From assembly GCF_964355755.1 (NCBI RefSeq), contig NC_092670.1, positions 20,694,795-20,758,794 on the forward strand: a stretch of DNA of 64,000 bases, read 5' to 3'. The notes beneath the pieces are model-generated. The model worked only from the letters and a program-made list of their open reading frames with translations. It ran no database searches and was not told where the DNA came from. The position numbers and the translations under genes are program-made. Origin of the DNA: Antedon mediterranea (Eukaryota > Animalia > Echinodermata). Within the stretch, counting starts at the first letter, position 1, and every line of letters starts with the position of its first letter. Positions 1 to 12,300 of the stretch are shown in pieces.

Positions 1-1714
1 TCTCTTTTTATATTCGGGTTTCATCAACTTTAACAATATTGAACCAATCCACTGTGATACAATGTATCATATTATTGTTGATGTAAAAATTATAGGACAC
101 AAAAACACACATTTTGCAACAAAATGAAGGACATGTATAAATAAGGATGTTTTTCCAACCTCACTAAACAACTGACTGAATGCCAAAACATATTGTATCC
201 TTCAGAATCTATAGCCTTCTGGACATGGTCAGTAAAAAACATGAAAATATGTCCTGCCCACTCAAAGTTGATCAAAAGAAAGAAATGTTTACCATAAATT
301 TTGTTTAAAATACATACTGTACTACTTTAGAAGAAATTTTATTTATTTATTTGTTTATAAATTATAGATTCTTTTTTTCTACAAACCAGCATACAGTACC
401 TTATAACAATATAATATCCAATTACTTTAAATATATTAAATGAATGACCTCTTTTTATTGTACATTACTTTTGTTCTTTAACTGACCCAACCCTGAAGGT
501 ATTTCTCCACTTTCAGACCACATTAGTCTCAAATTTTGCTCAAAGAACATGAACTGCTAATTACTCTATCTAGTTACACCCTTGATTCTCTGTTTATTTA
601 TAAAATTCCTTATTAGGCATAGAGCTGTCTGTCTTCTATAGGACCACACAAAATGGGAAGACAATGGTAGCCTTCAAAAGTTAGATTTGAAGGCTGTTGT
701 CCTTTCATCTTTTTTGGAGTCCCATGGTTAATAACAATATGCAGAATAGATACTGATACAATACTATGTTCAATAATGATATTTATACAAATTTGATTAA
801 ACAATCATAATAAAAAGTAATATTTTACTTTTTAGAATTGATTTAATTTACCAACGTTAAACAGCTTTTTTGGGTGGAGGTTTTCAGCAGCTTGATGGAA
901 GGCGGAGTTTAGAATTTCGGCTTAGATAAGCTTATTTTTATTGCCAACTTAGGAAGGGAAAGTTTGGTAGCCTCTGATATAGTTAAATAGTATTATTAAT
1001 TTTCGAACATAATTATTGTTTGTCAGTTACAATAAAGTCCCTCATTATTATTTATGAGGCATATTAATTTGCGAATGCGCTGGTAAACGTTCATACCAGT
1101 AAAAGTTACCCAACAGTTCGTGCTCCTCATTTACAATTTATTACTCGTCAGACACTGTGTATTGGCATTCACTGTCGATTCAGTACTTTTTCTAAATAAT
1201 CCTGATTTCACAGTTTTTGGACTTTAAAAGAAACAATTTTAAAAGTTTTAGATTTTTATCTGTCCGATAAATGGTAAGTTTGTTTGTTTTTTTATTTTTA
1301 GACCTATCATGAAGTAACTTCAATTTCTTTCCATGATTTTAATTATACAATTTCTACCATTTGTCAGTGAGGTTATATTTACACAGATAGAATTATGGTG
1401 TACAGTATTAGCGTACATCACTCATACTGTAGCAAGGTCAAATAATAAACCGCATAGAAAAAAAACGAGGGTGTTCAGACACAGAGAAATGCTTATAGTT
1501 ATACAGAATTAAGGATGCTTCTTCCAGTGTGAACATGCACTTAAAACAATCCTAATTCTGGTATGTTTGTTATCATGTGTTGTTACTGCCATTTATCACC
1601 TACTGTAGATGTGAAATGTTAGGAATTTAACATTATCTGTATAGTTATGTAATCATTCATTCAGTTAATTACAATATGATGGATCCACAGTTCTACTTCA
1701 GACAAGTACTATAT

Positions 1715-2430
1715 GGGCCTGTTCGTAGGGGTTGAAAATACCAGCTTATTCCCGATTTCCGTTCGCGTGATCCAATTAACTTTTGCCTCAGGCTACAAAA
1801 AATTTGAGGTAAAATGTTCACCAAATTTGCAGGTTATTTCAGCGATAATCCAATTATACTCGACCTTCGAGGATAATAAATCTCCGATAGAGGCAATGTG
1901 TCAAATTTTGACAAACGTTCGCTGCCTAGGCCCGTCATTTCTCCTACGAAGCTCTTCCATACACGATTCGAGAGCGATCGTCAGCTGGTGCTGTCCTTGT
2001 TGGTGTAGACCGCTTAGTAGGCCTAGCTGGTCGGGGAGCCGCTGGTCGGTGGTGTTTCCGTCGTGTAACATTGGGCTCAAATTCTTCGTCAATGAGTAAA
2101 ATAATGGTCGTCAGGAGAAGGCATATTTCGGCAGGATTATCGGCGTTAAGAGGCATAAGGTTTGTCGCAAGGATAAGCAGTGTAAAAGGTAGCAAGTAAT
2201 TGTTATTGTAAAGAAAGATCGCGAGTAAAAAATATACAACACGAAACTAGCGTGCGAAAATGGGGTCGTAGGTTGTAAAGACAACTGACCTTAAAACGTA
2301 ATTTCCGGTTTGTGATTCGTCGATTAAGCATTTAAGCGGTTAAATATTTCAAGTACGAACAACGCTCAATTTATAACCCGAGGCATGGGTGAAATTAAGC
2401 GCTTATTTTAACCACCGTACGAACACGACC
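1715..2430. mobile_element. Non-autonomous TIR DNA element, PIF/Harbinger-like (about 716 bp)
   Basis: Left end GGGCCTGTTCGTA versus reverse complement of right end GGTCGTGTTCGTA (11/13), with similarity continuing inward (GGTTGAAAATA / GGTTAAAATA). TAT flanks both sides (1712-1714, 2431-2433), a 3-bp TSD. CpG-rich interior, no recognisable transposase. Confidence 0.55.
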
Positions 2431-2590
2431 TATGCCTGCAGTGCAGACAAAACTGCTCCTAGCTGGTTACTGTGATATGAACTATGATAGTAGATTATCC
2501 CATGGAAAGATTAGTAGATTATCCCTTGGAAGAATTATTTAGATAATTCCTCCATGATTACCCCATCCCAAAATAAGATCTTGCACCTCT

Positions 2591-2780
2591 GGGTCTGTTT
2601 CTGCTGAAAAAATCAAAATAATCGATTTTTTCCAGTCACCGCAAACCACAAAAATAATCGCGTTGCAATTGAAAATTGCTACGACTTTAATCGGTTATTC
2701 AGGTAATCGGTTTTTAAATTTTTCCCCGTTTCTGCTGCCCAAAAATAATCGATTAAAAAAATAAGAGCAGAAACAGGCCC
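2591..2780. mobile_element. MITE, PIF/Harbinger-like (190 bp)
   Basis: TIRs GGGTCTGTTTCTGCT ... AGCAGAAACAGGCCC (14/15); TCT on both flanks; internal AATAATCG repeats. A degenerate related right end lies at about 17020-17091. Confidence 0.7.
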
Positions 2781-2910
2781 TCTCTCTCAAATAATATGAT
2801 GGATATTTTTTTTTCTTCATGCAAATGTTGTGTACAGTGTCAGATATTCCCATTCAAAATTAGAAAATGTGAAACATATTATTGAAATAAAGAATCAATC
2901 CTGTACAGTA

Positions 2911-5159
2911 CAATAGAGAGAAATGGCGAACCGACGTCTAAAATCCGAGTGGGTATAAAATCATAACAAACCGTTGAGGGCGGCACATTTCCTATGTTTA
3001 TACACGTGAATCATGGCGTCGTCTAACCAATGTTGTTGCTGTAACGCTCATAATTCTTTTCTATTTGTGTATTTAGTCATCCATCATTCACAATCATATT
3101 CCTAAAAATATCTCATATCTGTAGATCTACATTAGACTAGGCCTATAGTATTATAGTAGAATGGTGTTATCAAGTATTCATTACTGGCGGTAGCCCCCCT
3201 CTGCAGGAAGTATAGCCACATAACAAAATGGCAGTTGTCAAGCTGAAACTAAAATGCTAGGCCTACGTCTACTAGAGATGCTCTATTTAGTCTTACTACC
3301 TAGCTAGGAGAGGCCTAGCAGCACCCTAGCTAAAGTAGTAGTACAGTAGTACAGTATGCAATAAAGAATTTCCAATATTATTATTATTATTATAATAACC
3401 GATAATCCGTGCTAGGCTCGCTCGAGCAGGCCTACTCGAGGTACTACACAGCATCAGCGAAACTATCTAGGGCCTAGAGCTGGGTACAGTATATAACAAA
3501 AACGCGTCTTAATTCAATCCAAATTGAAATAAAATATGTTAAGATTTGCCCATATAACATTAAAATTGTTATGGGTGTTGCAAAAAAAAAAGATACTGTT
3601 ATTATGTGTGTCTTAAACCAGTGGTGGCGCCAGGCTGGCTCTCCCGTCGGGGAGTATTGGCCATATTTGTCGGGGAGAAAAATATGATCATTTCTTTTCT
3701 GGTAAAAAATAAAACCATATTAAGTGTACTACTATATATTTTAAGTAACTGCGGCATTCCATTTTTGACGTACGTATGATATACTGACAGCGAAGTAAAC
3801 AGTATGATGTGGTACGCTTTTGTCTGGCGGTGTCTCTTTGTACGAATCTTTCATGGCTCACTGCGGTATACGCGTCAACATATCTGGGCTGTATCATATT
3901 ACATCCAGGAACCAAAATGTGTATTTTTCAGATTCCAGGCGAAAATCGAAAATTCATTTGCAACTACGCATCGACGTACCTTCATACAGGGATAAAGGTA
4001 CGAGTTATGTTCTCACGGTTGAGTTTACGAATTGTTTCAATTTACCAATAACCCTTGGTGTACCGCGTATATGTTCGCTGTCGATTAAAGGGGTTTGGGT
4101 GGGGGTTCGATTGGGAAAAGGAAGCGGTTGGCCCGAACCATAAAACAGGGTCTGGTCACGTTTCTTTTCGCGCATAAATCTCGATCTAGGGTAGGTGGGT
4201 GAATGGGGTGGCCTAGCCACCTCCCTTAATTCTAAAGGGGAAAAAAAGATGCACCAAACCCGTGACCGTCGCTAGACGCGGATTCGACGCACTTGACTCT
4301 TTTAATTAAGAAGAGTAGGCTAGAGCTATAGTTGTATAAATAGGCCTACATAGTGAAAGAACTATTTATGAATTCAAGAGTTTAAAAAGAAAACGCAATT
4401 TAAAATCTTCGGAAAATACCCACAACTGAGTTATTTTCAAAACACATGCACTCCCACTACCAGCATCACGTTGTCTTAGCTCGCTCCTCGTGTGAATGCT
4501 GACGTCATCACTCTCCAAAAATACACCATTTTCCGCCCTGGTCCGTGTGCAAGCGTTAGCGTGGACCTGTATATTTACACCCCTGTACAGAGTAGAGTGT
4601 AATATCGTGAACTTTTTTCTCGCGTATGAAGGATTTTTATATAATGGTATGCAGTATAAACGATAAAAAAACGATAAACATGATGTTCTTTTATTATTAT
4701 TTCATAGGCATAAAAACATGAAATCTCTTGTTCTATGTACACGGCCGAAAAAACGGCATTTTATTGATTTGTGTTATAGACACGGCGATTACGGCAATCA
4801 TCATTGTATACGGTACTAAATTACATTGAGTTATTTACCCGGCTATAGGGTATATATCTGAGGTTAACAGACCACCAAAGCACAGTCGTACACTAAACAC
4901 ATGCACTATCGAGGCATTTTCGGATCAAAGTTTATTATTAGTTCGTCGAAAAGGATCCGTATTAGAGTATTTAGGAAAGATTTATTTAAATTTACATTAT
5001 TATGTGACATTGTTATTAAATGTAATGGAAACAGTTGCTCTAGCCTATTAAACAGTGTGTAAGCATCTATTTTTTCAAAATTTTCTGAGGCTCAAACCCA
5101 CCCCCGCTTTCGCGCGTACGGCCCCCATGGGGGAATTCGGCCCCCCTGTCAAGGAATTC

Positions 5160-5195
<36 letters not shown>

Positions 5196-5369
5196 TCGGG
5201 GAAATCCTGGCGCCACCACTGTTTTAAACGTTCTTTTCTAACTACCTTTTTAACTCAACCAATCGGAATTTCCCATACAAAAACATGTGGCGAAATGGTT
5301 TGTTTACAATCTATACCCACTCGGTGAAATTTGAGTGACGTCATCGCGGTTCGCCATTTCTCTCTATTG
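2911..5369. mobile_element. TIR DNA element (superfamily unassigned) interrupted by a nested hAT-like insertion
   Basis: Perfect 23-bp inverted ends CAATAGAGAGAAATGGCGAACCG / CGGTTCGCCATTTCTCTCTATTG, plus subterminal inverted match CCGAGTGGGTATA / TATACCCACTCGG. No clear TSD. Confidence 0.7.
3619..5221. mobile_element. Non-autonomous hAT-like DNA transposon (about 1.6 kb)
   Basis: Perfect 16-bp TIRs CAGTGGTGGCGCCAGG / CCTGGCGCCACCACTG. The 8-bp flanks TCTTAAAC (3611-3618) and TTTTAAAC (5222-5229) match 7/8. CAG-starting TIRs with an 8-bp TSD are typical of hAT. No transposase ORF; 33-nt C run at 5162-5194. Confidence 0.8.
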
Positions 5370-5559
5370 AGACTGAAGTAGAGGAAGAAAAAAGGAATGA
5401 AATTATAAATCAAACTAGTACTTTAACATGTGTTCCAAAGTGTGACCATCTTTTGTGATTGATATTTTAAAGCTTGACTTATTTCTTTTTCAAGTCCAAG
5501 TTCATGGCCAGTGTGAGCAGGTGGAATGACATGGTCATCAATTGACCTTAAAATGACCC

Positions 5560-5948
5560 AAGACAAATCCAAATCCATTTCAAACTGATTTTAATTCTTG
5601 ATAGCTAGATACCATCTTCTTCTTCTTTTAATCTTTAAGACAATTGGTAGTTGACATAAGTATGATAATTGTTTTATTTTCATTTTAACTGAGAGCTCTA
5701 ATATAGAAATATGGTACAGTATAATCTTCAAAGTTAATAAAAAAATCCAAAACAAGTCCAAATCCATTTCAAACTGATTTGGATTCTTGATAGCTAGATA
5801 CTTCTTTTTATTGAAATAACCATCTTCTTCTTTTAATCTTTAAGACAATCATTAGTTGACATTTGTATGATAACTGTTTTATTTTTATTTTAACTGAGAG
5901 CTCTAACATAAAAATATGGTACAGTATAATCTTTTTCAAGGTTAAAAA
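5560..5948. repeat. Tandem direct duplication, two copies of about 190 bp
   Basis: CCAAATCCATTTCAAACTGATTT...ATATGGTACAGTATAATCTT occurs twice, starting near 5569 and 5758. Confidence 0.85.
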
Positions 5949-8766
5949 AATATCGGCCATATCTTTTTTTCTATAATTTTAGCTTAATTTCTTTATATTA
6001 AATAGGTCCTTCTACATTAATGTATAACAACTACTGAAATCAGGTTAATCAATTTCAGATACTGTACAGAAGTATATCTTTGTAGTATCAATATAATTAA
6101 TTAAAGCTTTTCGGTATTCAGTAACATTAAAAGTTCTGTATTCATCATAAAAATAATTAATCAATTATTATAATGCAATTCATTATGTTATTTCCATTCT
6201 TTTGTAGTAAAATCAATCATACTTTAGTCAATGGAAGATGCCGAATGAGCATGGAACACATGCAACAGTTAAAACATTCCCTCAGGGTGTTGTGTGTTGG
6301 GTGTGGTCGCAAACCAATCACTCTTAACAAAACCAATGTCATAAAATAACAAACTGTTACTAAACAAAGGAATGTAGCAAAAACCACATGAAAAGACTGC
6401 CTACAGCAATGAGACTAATTATTACCTTAGGTCTCACATTTAATGCTAATATATCTTATTTATTTCTGTCAGTGTGATAATAAAAAATTAGGATCTTTGA
6501 CCACCATGGAGGGTAAAAGTTACTGTTTGAACAAGGTGTCACTGTTCTGCTAATTTTAAAGAAAGAAATGTAGGTTACTCAATACTTTACAAATGGTAGT
6601 AAAGTCCTCTATATGGGTTTGCAAGGTTTAGCAAATTTTAACCAAAAAATAATGTTTTTTAATCAAACAATTTATTTATTTAAAAAAAAATTGCATATCA
6701 AGTGTGTAGTACACTACACGATTCAGTAACTTTCATGTTGGTTCGATGGGGTTTGCTATGTTATTTTGAGGTTTGTGGGGTTTAGCAATACCCCTCTATA
6801 TGACCATGATTTTAAAAATAAAATTACAGTGTTTAATATTGCATGCATTTAACATTTTAATGATCCAAACAAAAACAGATTTCTCTCAACCATTTGGCCT
6901 AATAATGATGACAAATGTTAGTTTCTCAAAAAACAGGTGTAAATACGGCCAAAACATGTATTAATAATGATCTGGTATACTGTAATTAACTTTCGTTTCT
7001 ATATTTGTCCGATTTTAAACATGTAGCTTCCGTTAGATGCCTTATGTAATTGTTTTACCAGAGATTTGCCTGTAGTGTATAATTATGGAAATGTACAGTA
7101 ACGACTGTACGGTTAATAGTACTGTAGGTACCTAGTTAATAATCCAAGCTTGTAAGACATACTGGTACATTGCTAATGAATACCGCTGTACAAGATTACC
7201 AATTAGCACACATGCTATGATACTAAAAGAACCATTCAAATTTAATTTGTTCTGTATTCATAAATTGTTAATATCATCTTTCAGTTAAAACCCCATATTA
7301 TTCAGGGAACACCTATTAAGGGGACACTTTCTTGTGTAAATGAATGAGGAGGGTCAATCATGTACGGCTACGGCCAACCTCTGTTATTGGGTCACAAAGT
7401 ACATATTCCTTTATAAGTGTTCTACTACTGTATTCTAATTATGTTTAAACTTTTCAACAATTTTAATAATCATTCAATCCCATCAGAATGTCTTCAGAAT
7501 AACTGTCATTATTCTTCTTCTGTTTCAAAAAGCCATAAAACTATTCCTCACATTCCAAGCAGTTATGACAGGCATGGGACCTCTTAACATACCCTGTAAA
7601 CTACTATTAAATATAGGTTAGGTTGTAAATCTTACTGTGGAATAATTGAGCAGGTGTATCTTTACAGAAAATTAATATTCTAAGTACATGAGTTGTGTAT
7701 CTGTCAAATAATCACCATATTTGTCATAAATGATTTTGTCATAATTGTATTAAGCAACATCATACTCTCTGACCGCTTTTCCCCACCCAGTTCTATAGAC
7801 TTCTTCTCTTCCATTCTTTCCCCTACCCACTTTTCTAGCCTCCAAACAAGTAGTCCTCGTTAATAGATTGATATTAGAAGTTTCCAACCATTCATGGTTT
7901 TCTGAACCATTGCTTTCATGGCTCAAGGAAAGCAACATCGCCATGGCCTAGAAGTTTAGTATACATTCAAATGCAGCAGGCTACCTTTTATTTTATCTTG
8001 AACTCTATGTATGAATTGATACAGTATTGATTTCATTATTATTCTTTATTTGTTCATAAAAGTGCTTTAACCATCTATTGACTGGGACTTGTGCAAAAAC
8101 ACATTTTTTGAGAATAGACAACAATTGTTTTGAATATCAAACAATGAGTTAAAAAGTCACTTTATTCTTTGGTATTGTACCTACGCACTGTAAACATATT
8201 CAATGGCTTGTGTCTACATAGACCATTTAAATCCTTATATAGACATTCTTGTTCAGAAAGGTATGAAATTCAGCAAAGGTCACTCCCTCAATTTTGAGTA
8301 ATTGCCAAACGAAGTCAGGACATTTTGGTAATAATAGCTAAAACGAATGTCATTCCTAATTTCACCGCTTCGTTAACTCAGTTGATTTAAGCCGTTTTAA
8401 AAGCAAAATGATTGAGACATAGTCAAAGTAATGTAGTTTACGTAAGCTTTATATTTAGACACACATGAAATGTCATTCTAACGTCATCACAAATTATGAT
8501 GAATATAAATAACAGCTATAAAGGTTGTCAGTAGTAACATCTTCATGTTACTCCTACTGTTACTGTGTTGTTTATTGGACCATGGAGGAATTAAACCAAT
8601 TCCTTCATGAATTAACTGTTTTCTCGTAAAGCACATGTCTGATCTTCAACCCTTTTCTCTCTTTAATTATGTGTCTATAGACAATCCTGTCAATCAAAGA
8701 ATAAAAAATATTCCTTCTCAGTTTCAGTGCCATTTCCAAATTTTAGAAAACAGACAATGTACTATG

Positions 8767-9312
8767 GTAACGGAACGATTCGGCCCTGAGACGATTCGGC
8801 CCGGGACGATTCGGCCCTGGGACGATTCGGCCCTGAGACGATTCGGCACACTTAAATTTATCGGCTTTGATATGCATTTTATAAGCATAAAATAAGCTTT
8901 TTTCCCCAAACTTTATTTTCAGAGAGACTATGGGGTAGTACTACTAGGGATAAAGATGCAATAAAGCAAACATTTTGAAAAAATTTTCGAAAATGATCAA
9001 TTTTTAGTCACGCGAACGATGTAAACAAGTTACGCCCTCTGTTGGCCGCTTGGCGAATGCATGAAATAAACAAGGTTTTCGAAGTAATAAATTGAATATA
9101 AAATTATGTTTTTTTAGTAATTTATTATATATATTATATCAAAATTGTCAATATCAATAAAATACGGATTGTTAAACACCCTTAAAAACTTGATAAATAC
9201 CCAAAAAAATGAATATGAATTTGGTCTAAAGTGAGACGTTTCAGTCCACAAAGTGGGATGTTTCGGCCCAAAAGTGGGCTGAATCGTCCCACCAAAAGTG
9301 GTCAGTGAACCT
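8767..9312. mobile_element. Non-autonomous DNA element with subterminal 15-16 bp tandem repeats
   Basis: Five copies of (G)ACGATTCGGCCC at 8777-8848. Degenerate and inverted versions (GTTTCGGCCC, GGGCTGAATCGTCC, AAAGTGG repeats) at 9230-9300. Confidence 0.5.
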
Positions 9313-12300
9313 GTACTACTACTCTACCTAACACTCCTCTAAACTAACTAACTAAAAGATGAAATTACTTTTTGATCTATATTTGACTATTATTGTTAGC
9401 ACCTGTTTATAAAATTCTGGGATCTGCCCCTTATTATTTACTATTAAGTATTATAGAACCGCCAGTCAAAAGAGGAGATTTGTTTTCCTCTTCTATCCAA
9501 CTTCCCTATCCCCCAACTTCAACATGCTATCCATATTGAGGCAATGTTTAAACTATCAATTTAGTATAGTCTATAAGAACAGGCACGTTGTTAGTGATTT
9601 ATCAAGCATAGATTACAATTGATATCCAAGGCATAATGAAGCAGATGTTCATTTTAATTAACTAAATTATGAGATTGATTGCTTTTTAATATTCGTTGTG
9701 ATCTTCTATTAAAATATCTAGGGTGCTATAGTAGACGTTATTTGTGGCATTTAAGATAATTGACGTAGTTGAAGTTGGGAGTACCATATTTGGTCGAGGA
9801 TGATGTGATTATTTTTTTCTTGGTTTTTTTGTATGCCATCTGCCTAAAGATTTATAAGGCTCTTTGATTAGACTGTTGTTTATACTGTATATGCTAATTT
9901 TTTCTGATGCTTTGTTAGTCACAAAAAAGATGTGATAGTATTTTAGTTTTTTTTAACCAAGTATTTTGCCCCAAGTAGATTGTTTCAATAACAGGATTTA
10001 AAATAGACAATTATATGGGATATGACTAGAAACATCTTCAATCGTTCTTGCCAAAAAAAAACCAAATTAAGGATGCATTAAACTTGTATGATGTACAGTA
10101 GTGGGTGTACAGTAATCTAGATACAGTAGCTGAGTTCACATTAGGAGTTGGTCATGACCAACTTTCTCATGATTCACATGTGAACCTTTAGCAATGTTGC
10201 TTGTAGATAATACTCTTCTTAGGCATGTTTAATTCATGCCATAATGATTGTACTGTACCTGTGTAATAGTACGGTATCATGATTCACAATTCAATACTCT
10301 TCTGGTTTTTTTATTCTAATGATACTTTTTGAGAATTTCACTTTGGTGAGAAAGTAAATTGAGAGTTGTTTGCAAAACATGTAAGCATCTTTTTATTTAT
10401 CACAATCTTTTTGAATTTTTGAAATGTTCTGCTTTTGATTTTGAACTTAGACAGTATTGGCTATCATTGAATATTGCTATTTGTATTACTAGACATCATA
10501 TCAGGATATATAATTAAAGTACTGCACTTAATGCTAAGTATTGGGTCAATGGTGATTTCGATCAAAGTTTGCTGAGTAATTATTGTTGTTGTCAAGGTTG
10601 ATTATAATCTTTGTTTTTATTTACATTGTAAGCATTTTTCTGTCAACACTTTACGCATTCTGATTTTGTATAGCGAAATCTACTGTCCTTGTGCGACAAA
10701 TTGTTATAGTTTAAATTTGATCTGGAACGGTTTGGCAATTCTGTCATTTGTAAATAATCTTAATCTCTATCTTTGGATTTATTGCTGTTTTGTAGTAAAA
10801 CGTGTTTGTCTAATTGGTACTACCAGTATGATTCGAAGAAATTATGTAACTAGTAGTTCATTGTAAATATACTATCAATTTTGTAATCTCGCTAGTTTTA
10901 CACAAACTGCAATTAAATCGTCATTTTTAAACCTAAAATTTAGATTATGGTTTTGCTACATATGATGCTGTACAATGCTGTGTGTTTGTTCATTTAAATA
11001 AAGGATAGGTGTTTTCCATCAATAATTGAATTCCAATGCTCATTGCTAATCAGTCTCTTGAAAAGTACTGTAGGAAAATTAACTTTGATAATTGAAATGT
11101 TGATTTTAAGTAAAGTTATCTTTATTGTGTTTTCACAAAAAGCAGCTATAAAAACAAAATTGATTGCTGGTTATAAAACAGAATATCAATAAAAACATTA
11201 AAAAAGTTCAAGGCATATTGAAACGACATAGAAAAATGTAAAAATAAAAAATCAATTCAAAAACATTAGTGTTTTGTCCTTTTCTCACGTAGCTGTGGTC
11301 AGCACCAATTTGTACAATCACATTTTGTTTAATAAAATTATGTTTATTTGTCAATTAGTCAGAACCATAGTTCATTTAACTTTAGCTTGATCAACATTCC
11401 AAGAATTGGTTTCAGCTAACATTATTATTTTTGGAAAAAATACATAATGCTGCCGTACTTTGTACTAGTAGCAATTTACAGTTCATATGTTCTTTAAGGA
11501 AAAATACATTATTGTTCCATCTCGGATATGATGTCAAACTTTGATTGATTCCTGTTTCAAGTCGACAGTCAAGGATAAACGTACAATGTGGGAAGGAAAA
11601 AAAACATGTGGAAAACATTCTGATTGATATTATTATTATTATTATTTATTGCCAAAAACCAGATACAAACAAACAAAAACACAGAAACTAAGGGACTAGG
11701 CAGGAACCTAAAAGTGAACCTAATCACTATAACAAGAGTTCAGGTTCCGTACTCCCAAAGTAACAACAATGATATATAATAAACTATATAAAAATATAAA
11801 GATATGATCTATATGACTTGTTTACTACTACTAAACTGTCATTATGTGGGCGGTTGACTAAACTTTATTTTGAACTGCCTTTAGTTTAACCATTTTTTAT
11901 GTCAACGTACATCATTACTGTATTTGTCACATTGTTTTTTCCTGCGATATTTGTATTACTAGAAAATACCCACCCTAGGCCAGTTTTAAAATGTTGTCTT
12001 AAACCTTCCCAGTCATTTTAAAAATACCACAATATTATTAGCTAGGAAAAAATGGGAAGGAGAAACAGAAGCAGAAACACAAAACGTTCTAAAAAAAATA
12101 TTATCTTCTAATAAATAATAAACCTCTGTAAATAAATTGAACCTACAGTAACCTTCTAAAGTATATAATCTTATACACACTCAACACAAATCATGCAGCT
12201 GTATGTAAAAGATGTATACTCTCTCTCTCGAGATGTTCCTATCTATAGTACTGTATATACAGTAGTAAAAAATGAGTACGCATTGCTAATAAAATATAAA

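Noticed and set aside
850-1280. Possible first exon ending ATG|GTAAGT at 1271-1279
   Set aside because: The donor is good, but it is phase 0 and would be out of frame with cytohesin exon 23017. It may be a non-coding exon; it cannot be assigned without transcripts.
1713-2195. Overlapping ORFs of 63-128 aa on both strands
   Set aside because: They lie inside a TIR element, show no recognisable domain, and are expected by chance in GC-richer DNA.
5055-5327. Polyproline ORF
   Set aside because: Produced by the 33-nt C run inside the hAT-like element; the run length may itself be a sequencing artefact.
8777-8848. Short regular repeats resembling a CRISPR array
   Set aside because: No unique spacers, units too short, no cas genes, eukaryotic context.
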